Assembly: GCF_006345805.1 (NCBI RefSeq) | Contig: NC_043000.1 | Span: 100,130,001 to 100,194,000 of the forward strand | DNA length: 64,000 nt | Direction: 5' to 3' | DNA from: Octopus sinensis | Lineage: Eukaryota | Shown here: piece by piece, positions 27,398 through 40,410 of the stretch | How positions within the stretch are numbered: the first letter of the stretch is position 1 | How the letters are laid out: each line of letters starts with the position of its first letter | Made by a program: the position numbers and the translations under genes | Notes under the pieces: model-generated | Seen by the model: only the letters and a program-made list of their open reading frames with translations | Told to the model about the DNA's origin: nothing | Databases searched by the model: none

Positions 27398-27539
27398 GTA
27401 TGCATATGTGATATGTGCACGTGTGCATGTCTCTGTCTCCACTGCTTTAATATCGGTGTTAATTTGTTTATGTACTGGTAACACAGGCACACACTGACAA
27501 ACACAGACACACACAGGCACATACACACACAAAATAAAA

Positions 27540-27650
27540 ACAAAGAGGCCGAGCATATACAATAAGTATTGGGGTCGATTTGTTTGAGAAAACCATTGAA
27601 GGGAACGCTCCAGCATACTTGCAGTGCAATGTTTGTAGCAATAAAAGAAT
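27540..27650 (+). mobile_element. SINE family B 3' tail
   Basis: TGGGGTCGATTTG..GCTCCAGCAT..GCAGT matches the tail at 43850-43930. Confidence 0.6.
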
Positions 27651-27656
27651 CATATG

Positions 27657-27731
<75 letters not shown>

Positions 27732-27810
27732 TGCATATATATATATATGCATATATATATAGATATATGTACATACGTACATATATATGTATATGTATAA
27801 ATGCATATAT

Positions 27811-28147
27811 GGGTACAGGACGTCAGAAAACGTAAACAACATGAAATACGAAGACAAACTTGAGTATGTGAACAACGAGTGAAACAAATGGACAACAAGA
27901 CAAGTAACATGAGGAACAACCCTTCATCATTTATCCGTTGTCCATCTACTCCTCATTTCGAGCATTTAACGACATTGCTCGAAATGAGAAGTAGATGGAC
28001 AGCCGACAAATGATGAATGGTCGTTCTTTATCTTACTTGTCTTGTTTTCCATTTGTTTCTTTCGTTCTTCGCATATCTAAGTTTGTTTTCGTATTTCCTG
28101 TTGTTTTTGTATCTCATGTTGTTTTCGTTTTATGATGTCCTGTACCC
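27811..28147. mobile_element. Foldback copy of the GGGTACAGGAC-end family
   Basis: Left arm 27811-27964, loop 27965-27975, inverted arm 27976-28147, in (TA)n context. Confidence 0.85.
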
Positions 28148-28159
28148 ACATATGCATAT

Positions 28160-28193
<34 letters not shown>

Positions 28194-28218
28194 CACACAT
28201 TATATGTATGTATATATG

Positions 28219-28266
<48 letters not shown>

Positions 28267-28368
28267 TATATATATATATTATATGTATATATGTATATAG
28301 CTATATTATTATATGAGTGAACGCCACGCATTCATTTCCAATAAGTTTATTATATTATATAATAAGAT

Positions 28369-28405
<37 letters not shown>

Positions 28406-28801
28406 TGAGAGAATTACAATGAAATTGCAATAAACTGACCGGTTCCTTTGAAAGGTAAACGGATCAACTTATTACATCATTTAGGCGATTCGTTATGAGA
28501 TTTTTACCCATACTCCGACGAAACTTCATTATTTTTTTCTCTCACTGAAGCTGCTTTCCAATTAACTGCGTGATTGATCCATTGATCAGTGCTTAATTGA
28601 CAATGTTTGCTATATTGATTACGATGTTACATTCATCGATAAGATTATTTCTATTTCATGTTTATTTTTGTATCTGTTGCTTTAATTATTTGAGGGACTA
28701 AGTGATTGTTTATTACAGTTATAGAGTTGGAATATTGATTTTATCATCGTAATAACTGAATAATTTGACCTCATATTCCGACTGCCTCATTACGTAATTT
28801 A

Positions 28802-28835
<34 letters not shown>

Positions 28836-28899
28836 GACTCTGTGTATGTATTTATGTATGCATTATGTATGCACATATATCTATAAGCATATATCCATT

Positions 28900-28947
<48 letters not shown>

Positions 28948-29070
28948 CGCGCACACAGGCCATATGTCTGCGTCTACGTCTACTCGTAAATACAGTGATA
29001 TCTAAAACAAAAGTGGTACAAGCTATTTGGTCATACTGGCATGCAAGGGACGCCTAAGCTTATGTTTCTG

Positions 29071-29153
<83 letters not shown>

Positions 29154-29236
29154 ACGTCTGTCTGACGCTCACTCTGTCTCTGTCTCCTCTCTCTTTCTCT
29201 TTCACTCTCCCTCCCTGTATGTATATATATATATAT

Positions 29237-29420
29237 ACATTCAAAATGTGACCGCGTGTGTACCGTTGGCGATTTCTTTTCCTCCGTCTTCCCTTCTCTA
29301 GATCTTTCCTTTTCCTATGTTTCTGACGAAGAGCTCCCCTCGGAACGTAAAATCCTCCTTCTTTGTCCCACGTTCTCGCGTTGTTGTGTTTTTCTCTTGT
29401 GTTTTCATGTTTGATTACTT
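29237..29420 (+). mobile_element. Penelope-like remnant (family H) with hammerhead motif (29319-29352)
   Basis: GUUU-CUGACGA-A-GAGC-ucc-CCUC-GGAA-C-GUA-AAAU. Homologous to 10270-10475 and flanked by (TA)n. Confidence 0.65.
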
Positions 29421-29446
29421 TATTATATATATATATATATATATAT

Positions 29447-29494
<48 letters not shown>

Positions 29495-29629
29495 CATATA
29501 TTTATATACTTTTTTTTGGGATTTGGTGTAAATAAATGAATATATGAGTGGAAACTTTACCGGTGGGTATGTTCAATAATAGGGCACTAAAAGAGAATGA
29601 CTCGCCAGACACAACATATATATATATAT

Positions 29630-29696
<67 letters not shown>

Positions 29697-29735
29697 CAAC
29701 ATATACATTGAAAATATATGACTATATATGCACAC

Positions 29736-29777
<42 letters not shown>

Positions 29778-30320
29778 CACACCACACCACACACACACAC
29801 ACACACACAACACACACACCAAACACACACACACATAATCATATATCTATTGAGACCTTGTAAAACTTTTAGCTTGCTCTACGTTTCATTCTGTACAGAA
29901 CATTCAGAAACGTGATACATTTAATTTATCATATTTAATATATAAATAAATATAGCAAAACTGCATATAGATTTTTGAAATATTTAAATAACCTCTACTT
30001 CATTTTATAATGGCATTTCAAGAGTACAGGTTTGTTTAAATTTCGTTCAATAAATTTTTTGCAAGCCGAAAAAAAAAAAAAAATGATTCATAGTATAACT
30101 AATCGATTAACAAAATGTACTTTTAGTGCGTCATAATATCGCTGCCATTGTATATACGCCGTGATGGCGGACATATTGAAAATTATAACTTCGATAAAAT
30201 ATAATTTAGCATATATTTGAAAATCTAAAGAAGTCTCTTACTAATATTTTTCGCTGGCCCAGATTTTTCAAGGTCTTTGCAATGATTTGTATGTATATGT
30301 GCGTGTGTGTGTTTGCATGC

Positions 30321-30368
<48 letters not shown>

Positions 30369-30574
30369 TATGTGTGTGTGTGTATATATATATATATATT
30401 ATTATAGTCTGTATGAGTTGGAGGTTAAACAACCATCTAAGGGATAGTAAATATCCAATATACTACTGGATGTATACCTGCGTAATTATATCCAAGTGCT
30501 TACCTTTGCAGGGCAATATCGCAGTGGAATAGAAGGTATGGGTGGGGGTAAACCAGAAATTTACCCAGGATTTA

Positions 30575-30856
30575 TAAGGCAAATAAGAAAACGGAGAGGA
30601 TAAACAATCGACAAACATCAGCCTGTAAACATTCGATTATATCTATTTATTAATTGATATGTGTAAGTGATTCAAATAAATATTTAAATAAGCAAGTATA
30701 TATCTATTTATATATTTATTTACTTATTTATTTGCTTATTTCATTTGTTTTTTGGGATCACTTACAAATATGATTGTAATCAATTAATAAATAGATATAA
30801 TCGAATGTTTACAGGCTGATGTTTGTTGATTGTTTATCCTCTCCATTTTCTTATTG

Positions 30857-30861
<5 letters not shown>
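30575..30861. mobile_element. MITE/foldback with about 83-bp near-perfect TIRs
   Basis: AAGGCAAATAAGAAAACGGAGAGGATAAACAATC... is inverted at 30779-30860. Interior is partly self-complementary; TA flanks. Confidence 0.85.
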
Positions 30862-30896
<35 letters not shown>

Positions 30897-30935
30897 TATA
30901 TTATATAAAGGGTTTGTATGATTGTGTATAGAGGG

Positions 30936-31416
30936 ATATATATTATTCAAAGAAATTCCAATTCTGTCTGTTTTTTATGCTTTATTTATATTCTTTATAA
31001 TATTAATGTAGAATATAGAATATATAGTACAAATAGTATATATAGTAAAATGAAATGAATTATTGATTGTCTTATTGAATAGATGAACTATTGAATATCA
31101 AATATGAAGGGACTTGTATACTTTCTTGCATTATAGCAGTCTTCAAGGTCCCAGGTTGTGACAGGAGTATTTCAACTGTTGAAATACTCCTGTCACAACA
31201 TGGGACCTTGAAGACTGCTTTAATGCAAGAAAGTATACTAGTCCCTTAATATTTTATACTCAATATTTCATCTATTCAATAAAACAATCAATACTTCATT
31301 TCATTTTATTAGATATATATTATTTATACTATATATTCTATATTCTACATTAATATTATAAAGAATATAAATAAAACATAAAAAACAGAGTTGGAATTTC
31401 TTTGAATAATATATAT
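30936..31416. repeat. 480-bp palindrome, 1-nt spacer at 31177
   Basis: About 240-bp arms, roughly 93% identical by eye; centre GGAGTATTTCAAC-T-GTTGAAATACTCC. Confidence 0.95.
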
Positions 31417-31489
31417 ATATATATATATATACCTGTGTGTGTGTATGTGCGCGCGTATGTCTATGGTGTGAGTATGTGTGGATCTTTGT

Positions 31490-31675
31490 TTGTGTTGGCG
31501 AACTGTCTGACAACCAGTTTTGGTTTCTTTAAGTCCTCACAACTTAGCATTTCGGCAATAGTCTCTGACTAGGTTTTAAAATTAAGTATTGAGATTGATT
31601 TGTTCCACTAAACCCTTGAAAGCGGTGCTGCAGCATGGCGACCATCTGTTGAGTGAAACAAGTGAAAAACAAAAG
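31490..31675 (+). mobile_element. SINE family B 3' half
   Basis: ..AACTTAGCATTTCGGCAA..GCGGTGCTGCAGCATGGC..GAAACAAGT. Confidence 0.7.
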
Positions 31676-32254
31676 CGTATATAAATTTTAATTTGATGTT
31701 TCATATGCATAAATCGAGATTTTCAACAGGCTGGCAATCTTTTGCAATATCTGTGAACACTATCTAGACAGCGTGTCGCCACCCACCTCCTGTCCAATCA
31801 CGCGGTCCAAGAAATTCAGATTGGGATCTCTACTTCGATGGATCCGACATCGCTGTAATTCCAGGGAATTACTACTTAAGGGGAGAAAATTGTTTCTAAG
31901 TTTATTTTTGATATTGAGAAATCATTAGCAATGAGTGAAAAGAGAATACATGTTTCCATATAATTATGTTAATTTTTTCACGAGATAAAATCCTTAAAGT
32001 CTCTGATAGCCGTGGATAGTACTATTTCGTCCTCTTTCTATACTCTTCACTATAATATAACTCGAGATTATTAAATTCGTTAATATAAATTGATATAAAA
32101 GTTAAAAACGATCTTATTTTTTATTCTTCTAACAGTGGAGAAAAGAAAGGAAGAGAGCTAGAGATATAGGTAGAGGGAGAAAAACCCCTTGCATGTTTTT
32201 TTTTTATAGATATATATGATTCACTGTATCGACCAGATTATTGAATGTTGTTAT

Positions 32255-32513
32255 GCAACTCTGGTCACAAATCGCTTCTTCACATTGTAGATTTCGAATG
32301 AGGACACTCCGCTGACTAGGTGACTAGGCCAACATTTCCTCCGAATGCGACACCGTTCCGTCGCAGGATTACTCATTTACAGCTGAGTGGATTGGAACAA
32401 CGAGAAATTGAGTTCTTTGCTGAAGAATACAACACACTGTCGATCTAGGAATTGAAACCACGATCTCGCGTTCGTGAGTGCAACATCCTAACCACTAGGT
32501 CACGTGCCCCCAC
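32255..32513 (-). mobile_element. SINE family G
   Basis: Minus strand GACCTAGTGGTTAGG..GGTTTCAATTCC..CCACTCAGCTGTAAATGAGTAA. Confidence 0.8.
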
Positions 32514-32590
32514 AAACAAACACACACATACATGCATAAACGAATACGTGTATACATACACATATACATACATGCATACACATATACATA

Positions 32591-32638
<48 letters not shown>

Positions 32639-33242
32639 TATTTATTAAATACCATATATGTTTTTATGTGCTACTATTATAGTTTCATGCGCTGAGAACA
32701 CGCCAAATAGTGTTTTAGAACACATCTGGTGTCCCAGCATAATCATCAGACACTTCCCACATGGCATAACGACCTAAATAAATGTGTGTGTGTGTGTGTG
32801 TTATTTTCTCTGGTATTGTTAATAAACTAGTTGAAATACTGCAGAAACATTTATTGATAGTGGGATTCTATTCATAAGGTAAAGTGAAATTTATTGATAT
32901 TATTGATTTAACTGGTATCCTAGTCAAGTAGTTCAATAAGCCGTTAAGGGCGAAACCTGAGGTCCCATTCAAATCAATATTATCAATAAAATAAATGCAT
33001 GTATAAAACATATGCATATATAAATAAAGAAAATGAAAGATAATTAGCAGCTGGAATCGAAATCTTTTTGGTGGTTCTGCATCAGAATCTAGAATGCTAA
33101 GCGAGCTTGCTAGAATTCTCAAATACTAGAATGTTAGAATTCCAGAATTCTATGAGCATGAAATATGAATACTCGTAAATAACATTACCTCGGAATACTC
33201 GCATCTAACAAATAGACTATATTTAAATATTCATGCTGAAAG

Positions 33243-33275
<33 letters not shown>

Positions 33276-35219
33276 CATGTGTGTATTTTAGAGAGGGAAT
33301 GTGTGTGTATTGGAGGGCGAGTGTGTGTGAGTGTGTGTATGTGTATGTGCATGTGCATGTGTTCTCGCGTGTTTGCGTGTGCTACCAGCTATAATGTGTA
33401 ATATATTTCAAAAATCAAGAAACCATAGTATACTTGCAGCCTCAGAGGAAATCTTTGAGATCCAACCTCCTTGCAGCGGAAGCAAAGTATCTTTTGGCAT
33501 AACTGCTCGAACAACAGCTGTTAAGTGGCTTCGTCGAATATCGAGGTTTCCGACTTTACAATTCACTTAGCAACAACGTTGAGTTGAATAAGTTTACAGG
33601 ATCATTTATTTATTTATTCGTTTTTATGAATGGTTATCTTACAAAATTTTCAACAAATGTCTGTGAATTATCAGTATTTCTTTAAATCTATAACGGCTCT
33701 TGCGTTGTAGACTTAACCTTTGATATGTTTCAGCACAGCTACTAGACCTTGAGTGCGTTTAGTCTGCTGTAAGCATTCAGATGGGTCTACAGTCTGAAGA
33801 TAACTTCTGCCTCTGCTACAGTCAGTCAGCCTCAGAGGTCCAAACAAAGGTCATGGACGTTGGTCATTCTTCGTCTCAGAAGCAATTAAAAAGTCTACGA
33901 GAACTGTGTGTTAAGAAAGCAACATAGTAACTAACTAGCCACAAAAGAAGCCTGTGTGGGATTGATCAATCATTCAGAAATAGCAGAAATTCAGAAATAG
34001 CAGCCAAATATCCCTTGTATCACAGCTACTGTCCTGCGGTTGAGAATCACACACTACTTTCAGATCATATCCTATTGCCCTACCATAGGGTGGGATTTGA
34101 AAGAGGTCTCTACGTGCTTTATTTGACAGAAGGCTCTATATTTGCGTGAGGTTTTGTATGGCGATGACCGAACTGTTAGAAACAGTGCCCAGAACATTTT
34201 CAAATCATCCCCACCGTACAACGGCATGATACGAGGGTGGCCTTTACGAGTTTGAGTTAGAGAAACCTGCGTGGTGATTTCAGGCCGCTACGGGGTTAAC
34301 CAATCTCCCGGAAATTGTGGTCAAATCTCTCTCAAATCACGCCCTATGGTCCTAGAAAAGGAAGGAGACTTTAAATAATGCGGTCGTGCCTGTGCACGGA
34401 ATGATCATGGCTGGAACACATTTGGATCAGAGATGAATAACAAAATAGAAACATGGAAACTTTGCTTTTCATTGTGATATATTTTTATGGTTTATCTTAC
34501 TGGTTGCTTTGTCGATTTAATGACCGTTACCTTTCACCAAATTTCAAATCTTGTATTATGCAAGACATTAGTACTACTACTGCTATTGCTACTGCTACTG
34601 CTGCTGCTGCTGATACTAATGCTGCTGCTGTTGATGTTGATGATATTAATGGAAGTTCCTTCGTGTCCGAGGATCATGTAAACCAATACTTCGCATGGCT
34701 TTAAATGGCATCCCGTAGAGGGGCCTTAGTTCGGGTGTTTCAAAATTTTGAGGAGTGTGGAACCACCTCTTAGCCGCTTTTGTTCCAAGGTCTACTTTGA
34801 CCCGGAGTAATAGAACTAGTCAGGGTCCTGGTATGGGTTAACTAGCATGTTATGGGTGAAACTCCAAGTACAAACCCTCACTACCTTGTAAATTCAATGG
34901 AAAAGGAAAATTAAAAGGCGAGACTGGAAATCAAGAAGTGGAGTCTCTCAGACGATTTGGTGTTCTCTTTGACAACCTTTCGGCTACTTTAGGGTAGATG
35001 GGCTTATCTGGCCCTGTAAATCAATTCACCTGTTAGAAAGCCACTTCATTGTAAAGCCGACAGCTTGTTGGCCACCGCTGCCGTTTTATCCCGTAGAGCC
35101 ATTGTGGTCAGACCTCCAAGTCTAAAGAATTGGATCGTGCTGCAGAGACTGATTCTTGCTTTAAAACTACTAATCCACAAGCAAGAAGAAAAAACCCTGC
35201 AGCCTCAATAATCGGTTTA

Positions 35220-35258
35220 CTACTACTACTACTACCACTACTACTACTACTACTACTA

Positions 35259-35345
<87 letters not shown>

Positions 35346-35356
35346 ACTACTACTGT
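35220..35356. repeat. Compound (ACT)n/(GCT)n microsatellite
   Basis: Direct reading. Confidence 0.95.
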
Positions 35357-35910
35357 AGATGATGTTAGAGTTCTTTGTGAGGGAAAATCCCGTCAGAATC
35401 TACTATGCAGTTTATATTTCGATCAATAAAATCACCCCAGTGAGTCATAAGGCTTTGGTTTTGGGTTTTTTTTTTAACATATACATTTTTTGTTCCAAAT
35501 CTTGAACACTTGGTTAATGAGTCCCTCATCAATAGTTTGGCAAACAACGCGTTGATTACGTATACGTCCGTTAAAGAAGTCTGATTAGATCGAATTATGT
35601 CAAGAGTTATCTACCGCACTGGCCAAATGATTAGCTGTAGCAATGGCCATTGATCTAATGTCGTTTTTCGTATGTATTTTCGAAAGTACAGTTTTGACGA
35701 TCACCCCAGTGAATATGCTAACATTAACTTAATCATCGTTTTTCTTTCATGCAGGTGGCGTCTCTGAGTAATTAACTTTAGTGATTTATCTATCTACTGT
35801 AATCATATACCCAGAGTCGGATTGGTGCAAGCGTTTCGATTCTTTTAGCCTTTGTGTCATGTTTATGAATTATTTTCTGCATCATTGCTGTTAGTCACCA
35901 GTTCTAAATC

Positions 35911-35972
<62 letters not shown>

Positions 35973-35982
35973 TATATATATG

Positions 35983-36053
<71 letters not shown>

Positions 36054-36211
36054 ATATGTATGTATATATATATATACATGTACGCATGTATATGGAGCTT
36101 TTTAACCAACAACTTCAATGCTAACAACTTCATAATATGTATATATTATATACATATTATACATACTCATACGCACACACACAAATATATAGATATACAT
36201 GCATGTATATA

Positions 36212-36254
<43 letters not shown>

Positions 36255-36598
36255 TTATATGTGTATTCGTATTATACTCAAATATTGATAATCTCAGTGT
36301 AGCAGATTGTATTGGACATTCAGTTTATCAGCTGCCGATAAGAGATCAGTAGGTGTTCAATGGCTTTGGACATTATTGTAACACTTGATACTGCCATGAA
36401 AATATTCGGGTTCATTGACCCAGATCAAAGCACTCTGTTCCATCTGCGTCTATGTGTTTATCGATTCTGCCAATTCTGGATTTAACACGTAAATCCAGAA
36501 CAGCTGTGGCAATTCCAAAGTGCTTTCGAAGCAAACATATAAACATAAAAATACATGCATATACATAAGTACATATACATACACATAAACACACACAT

Positions 36599-36669
<71 letters not shown>

Positions 36670-37100
36670 ATATATATGTACATACATTCAAACATGTATG
36701 CAAATATACATATATATGCGTGTGTATGTGTGTATGCTTGTATGTAAGATAGCATGTGAATGTGTGTGTATATGTGTGTATGTGCGTGTGTGTGTGTGCG
36801 TTGTATAATGTATGTAACGGAATCTAAAGAAATGCATGCTAGAATTATAGCTGCAACGTATATATGTATAAGTGTATCCATCCATCCATCCATTCATCCA
36901 TCCTACACTCGATCATACATACATACATACATACATACATACACACATACATACATACATACATAATGGTGTACTGAATATTTTACCGGAAATCCATGCA
37001 AAATAATTCATTATAATATGCATACTTTGCAACAGCAAATCATTTACATGTAAACATATAATATATATATATAATATATATATTATATATATATATATAC

Positions 37101-37209
<109 letters not shown>

Positions 37210-38230
37210 AGGTGGATGGATAGATAGATGGATAGAGGGGCAGAGAAAGTGAGAGAAAGAGAGTGGGGAGAGGGAGAGAAAGAATGAAAGAGGGTGTATA
37301 AAGTTTAAGAAACATACAGAAAGACCAGAATATGAGGAATATGCCATTTGTTTATCATTTAAATAGCTGAAATGAAGCATTTAACATTTGCTTATTAAAC
37401 GAATGTGTGTGTGGGTATATATGTTGAAATGCTGGCGTATGCACACATATAAACATACATACATACATACATTCATACATACATACATACATACATAATA
37501 CATACATACAAAATTCATCAACGCGTAACGGCTTCCGAATGTTATCATACAGTGGGAATACCATTGTCCATAGATATACATTTGGAATTCCATAGTATAC
37601 TAAGTTATGAATAAAACAAAATGAATTAAAGATTCCTTATTTCCCACAATTGTTTCCACATACCGTCACGCACCTAGTACATTGGTGAGATTAACACGTT
37701 GCGTAATCAGTACTAACCATCAGAGATGTTAAATGTTTCTTTAGGTGAGTATTTTGAATAAGCCCTTCGTTAGATCAGGCTGTCCTCTCATTCTATACAA
37801 GAATGAATATCCAAAGCAGTGTGCTATTTTCAGCAATTTGCAGGCAAAACTATACCTATAGAGAAAATGACAAGCAAAACAGAAGTACGATCAAAATACA
37901 AAACACAAATCAAAGAAGCAAACACAGGAAAATTCCCATGTCGAGTTAACTATAAAATACAATTCTATCTTCACGGTCGGATTATCAGAAGGAAAAAGAA
38001 AATAAAGGACGAAATTGGAGATGTGATAAAGTGATAAAGACTGACCATTTCCGTGCTTGTCAACAAACTACTTGAAAGGGATCTAAGGTACCCCCTGCCT
38101 GTTATAGCAAAACATTTAGCTTCATCCTACACTAGAATCTATCACTATGCAAAGTTAATTTATGATTGTCTAGCTTTTATGTACTTGAAAAAAAAAAAAA
38201 AAAATTTAGAAAAATAAGCTAGTAGGTAAA

Positions 38231-38546
38231 CTCTCCCCAACATACGTATATATTCTCATATATATCGACATATAATGTAGTGCATGCGTGTGTGTATACA
38301 TACATACATACATATAAACAAACACACTACATACATACATAAATACATGCATACATTCATATATACATACATAGGGATAGAGAAGAGAAACTCTCCTCAA
38401 CATACGTATATATTCTCATATATCCACATATAATGTAGTGTATGTGTGTATACATACATATATACATACACACACACACATACATACATACATACATACA
38501 TACATACATACATACATACATACATACATAGGGATAGAGAAGAGAA
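38231..38546. repeat. 160-bp tandem duplication
   Basis: CTCTCCYCAACATACGTATATATTCTCATA starts at 38231 and 38391; both units end GGGATAGAGAAGAGAA. Confidence 0.9.
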
Positions 38547-39140
38547 TCTGTGCGCAGTTGTGGAAATTAACTGTCCAGCGGATGTTTATATAAAGCTGAA
38601 GATCAGTGAAAAAGAGAATATCTACGTTGAACTGTTGAGAAATCTGCAGTTACTCTATCCTTATTACAAGATCGGGTTTATACCTGTAATTGTTGGGGTC
38701 CCAGGATATGTAACACACCGCCTAAATACCAATCTTGAGAAATTGGGCTTCTCAAAACCAGAAAGAAGCTAATTCGAGGACTATAAATCCAATCCATCAC
38801 TGGAACTGTAAAAATCTGTAAAACTTTCCAGAAGTTTATCATTTAAATATATATGTGCATGTCTAGATATGTAACTATACGCATGAGAATACATACATAA
38901 AACATACAAATCTGCACATACATACATACATACATACATACATACATACATACATACATACATACATACATACATACATACATACATACATACATACATA
39001 CATGCATACATTCATACGTACATACATAGCCTGTTTTTGATGGTGAAATTCCAATGAGGGAGCCTTGGATCTAGGTTAGAAACCGGTTCTTCCTCTATTG
39101 GCAAGTAATCCTGAAATAAACTGAATAATGATATACATAC
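38531..39140 (+). pseudogene. 5'-truncated RLE-clade LINE (R4/Dong-like): C-terminus plus 3' UTR in (CATA)n
   Basis: DREENLCAVVEINCPADVYIKLKISEKENIYVELLRNLQLLYPYYKIGFIPVIVG..LEKLGFSK, then a shifted frame IQSITGTVKICKTFQKFII*. Homologous to 42861-43515. Confidence 0.82.
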
Positions 39141-40357
39141 ATCTATTTATATATGGACACATATACTTCTGACTAATATTTCTTACTACTTTTACTACTT
39201 GAGTTCTTAGTCTATGAGGAACGGAAAACCACAACAATGTTGAATGACAAGAATTTATTTACATAGCTCTAGATAGTTTTGTATAACTATACCTATCTAT
39301 TCACATGCATCTACAGTTATTCTTTTATGTTTCAGCCCTAAGGCTGTGGCCATGCTGGGGCACCACCAGTAAGATGATAATACGTATAATCCATGCAGTA
39401 GATATATAAATATTTCCACCCCACTATCAGTCATCCGATTTTAATACACATATTGATTTCTAGGCAATAAGTACTTTTGCAGTCTTGCACCATATGATTA
39501 CATGCAACTGCAATACATCGTGGCAATTGGAAAATTTCACAAAAGTGAATTTAAACAAAGTGATTAAATAGAAGTAAAACAGAAATAAATACAATACAAT
39601 AAAATAGTTTGCACGAATAGAGTTTTAGGTATATGTTTTTAGTAAAACAGCAAAAATGAGCATTTTAGCCTGTGGTTGCATCTAGCTACCATCTCGGAAG
39701 CACCTAAGAGCATAAAATACACATATTAGATATTTAGAAACATACAAAGATTGTTAACTTCAGTTAAAAATTTATTGTTTGTAATATGTAGCACCAAAAT
39801 TTTCACCTTTCAAAACTGCCAACTGGTCTCTGACAATGTTGTTGTACAGTGGCGGGTCGTAGTTTCGAGCAACGACAATTTTGACACCATATTACAAATA
39901 GTAAATATTTAAAGGAAATTAACTGTCTTTGTGTGTGTTTCTGAATGGCTAGTACGAGTATTTTATGCTGCCATCGATATGGTTTCAAAACATGGTCTCA
40001 ATCCAAAACATATGCCATACATAAATAGACAGAATTTTGGAACAAACTCTTCACCAGCCACAACTTTTTGATTTTTGTTAATTCTTCTTCTGACAGTTTC
40101 TTATAGTTATGTTTTTAAGAAATGAAGGCAATAATTCTGAAGTACAAATAGAATCCTCAAATTTGGAATATTGGTGATAACTCTTAATTTACTGTATCTG
40201 ACATTGTAATTTACTTTTTATAATTTTTTTTTTCGAAATATTTCTGTGAATAGTATGTAAGGGAAATTACAATTCTGCTAAAATTTAGGTTTTTAAAATT
40301 TTAAACAGTTTGTTCGCTACATTTATACAGTGGCTTGCTTTAAGCTCAAAGATTTGG

Positions 40358-40410
40358 GTACTTCTGGCAGGCGAGTCACAACATGTCGAAACAACAGTGT
40401 CCCAGAATAC
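40358..40410 (+). ncRNA. Decayed type I hammerhead motif
   Basis: UUCUGG-CAGGCGA-GUC-acaacau-GUC-GAAA-CA-acag-U-GUC-CCAGAA: perfect 6-bp stem I, 3-bp stem III, GUC triplet. Two core changes and one stem II mismatch. Confidence 0.45.

Noticed and set aside
33400-33580. Possible exon (both strands open for about 50-60 codons)
   Set aside because: No recognisable protein and no convincing splice sites.
36285-36535. Coding-like island between TA repeats
   Set aside because: Every frame is interrupted and I recognise no motif; left unassigned.
37819-38120. 71-aa lysine-rich ORF
   Set aside because: A-rich composition explains it, and there is no motif.
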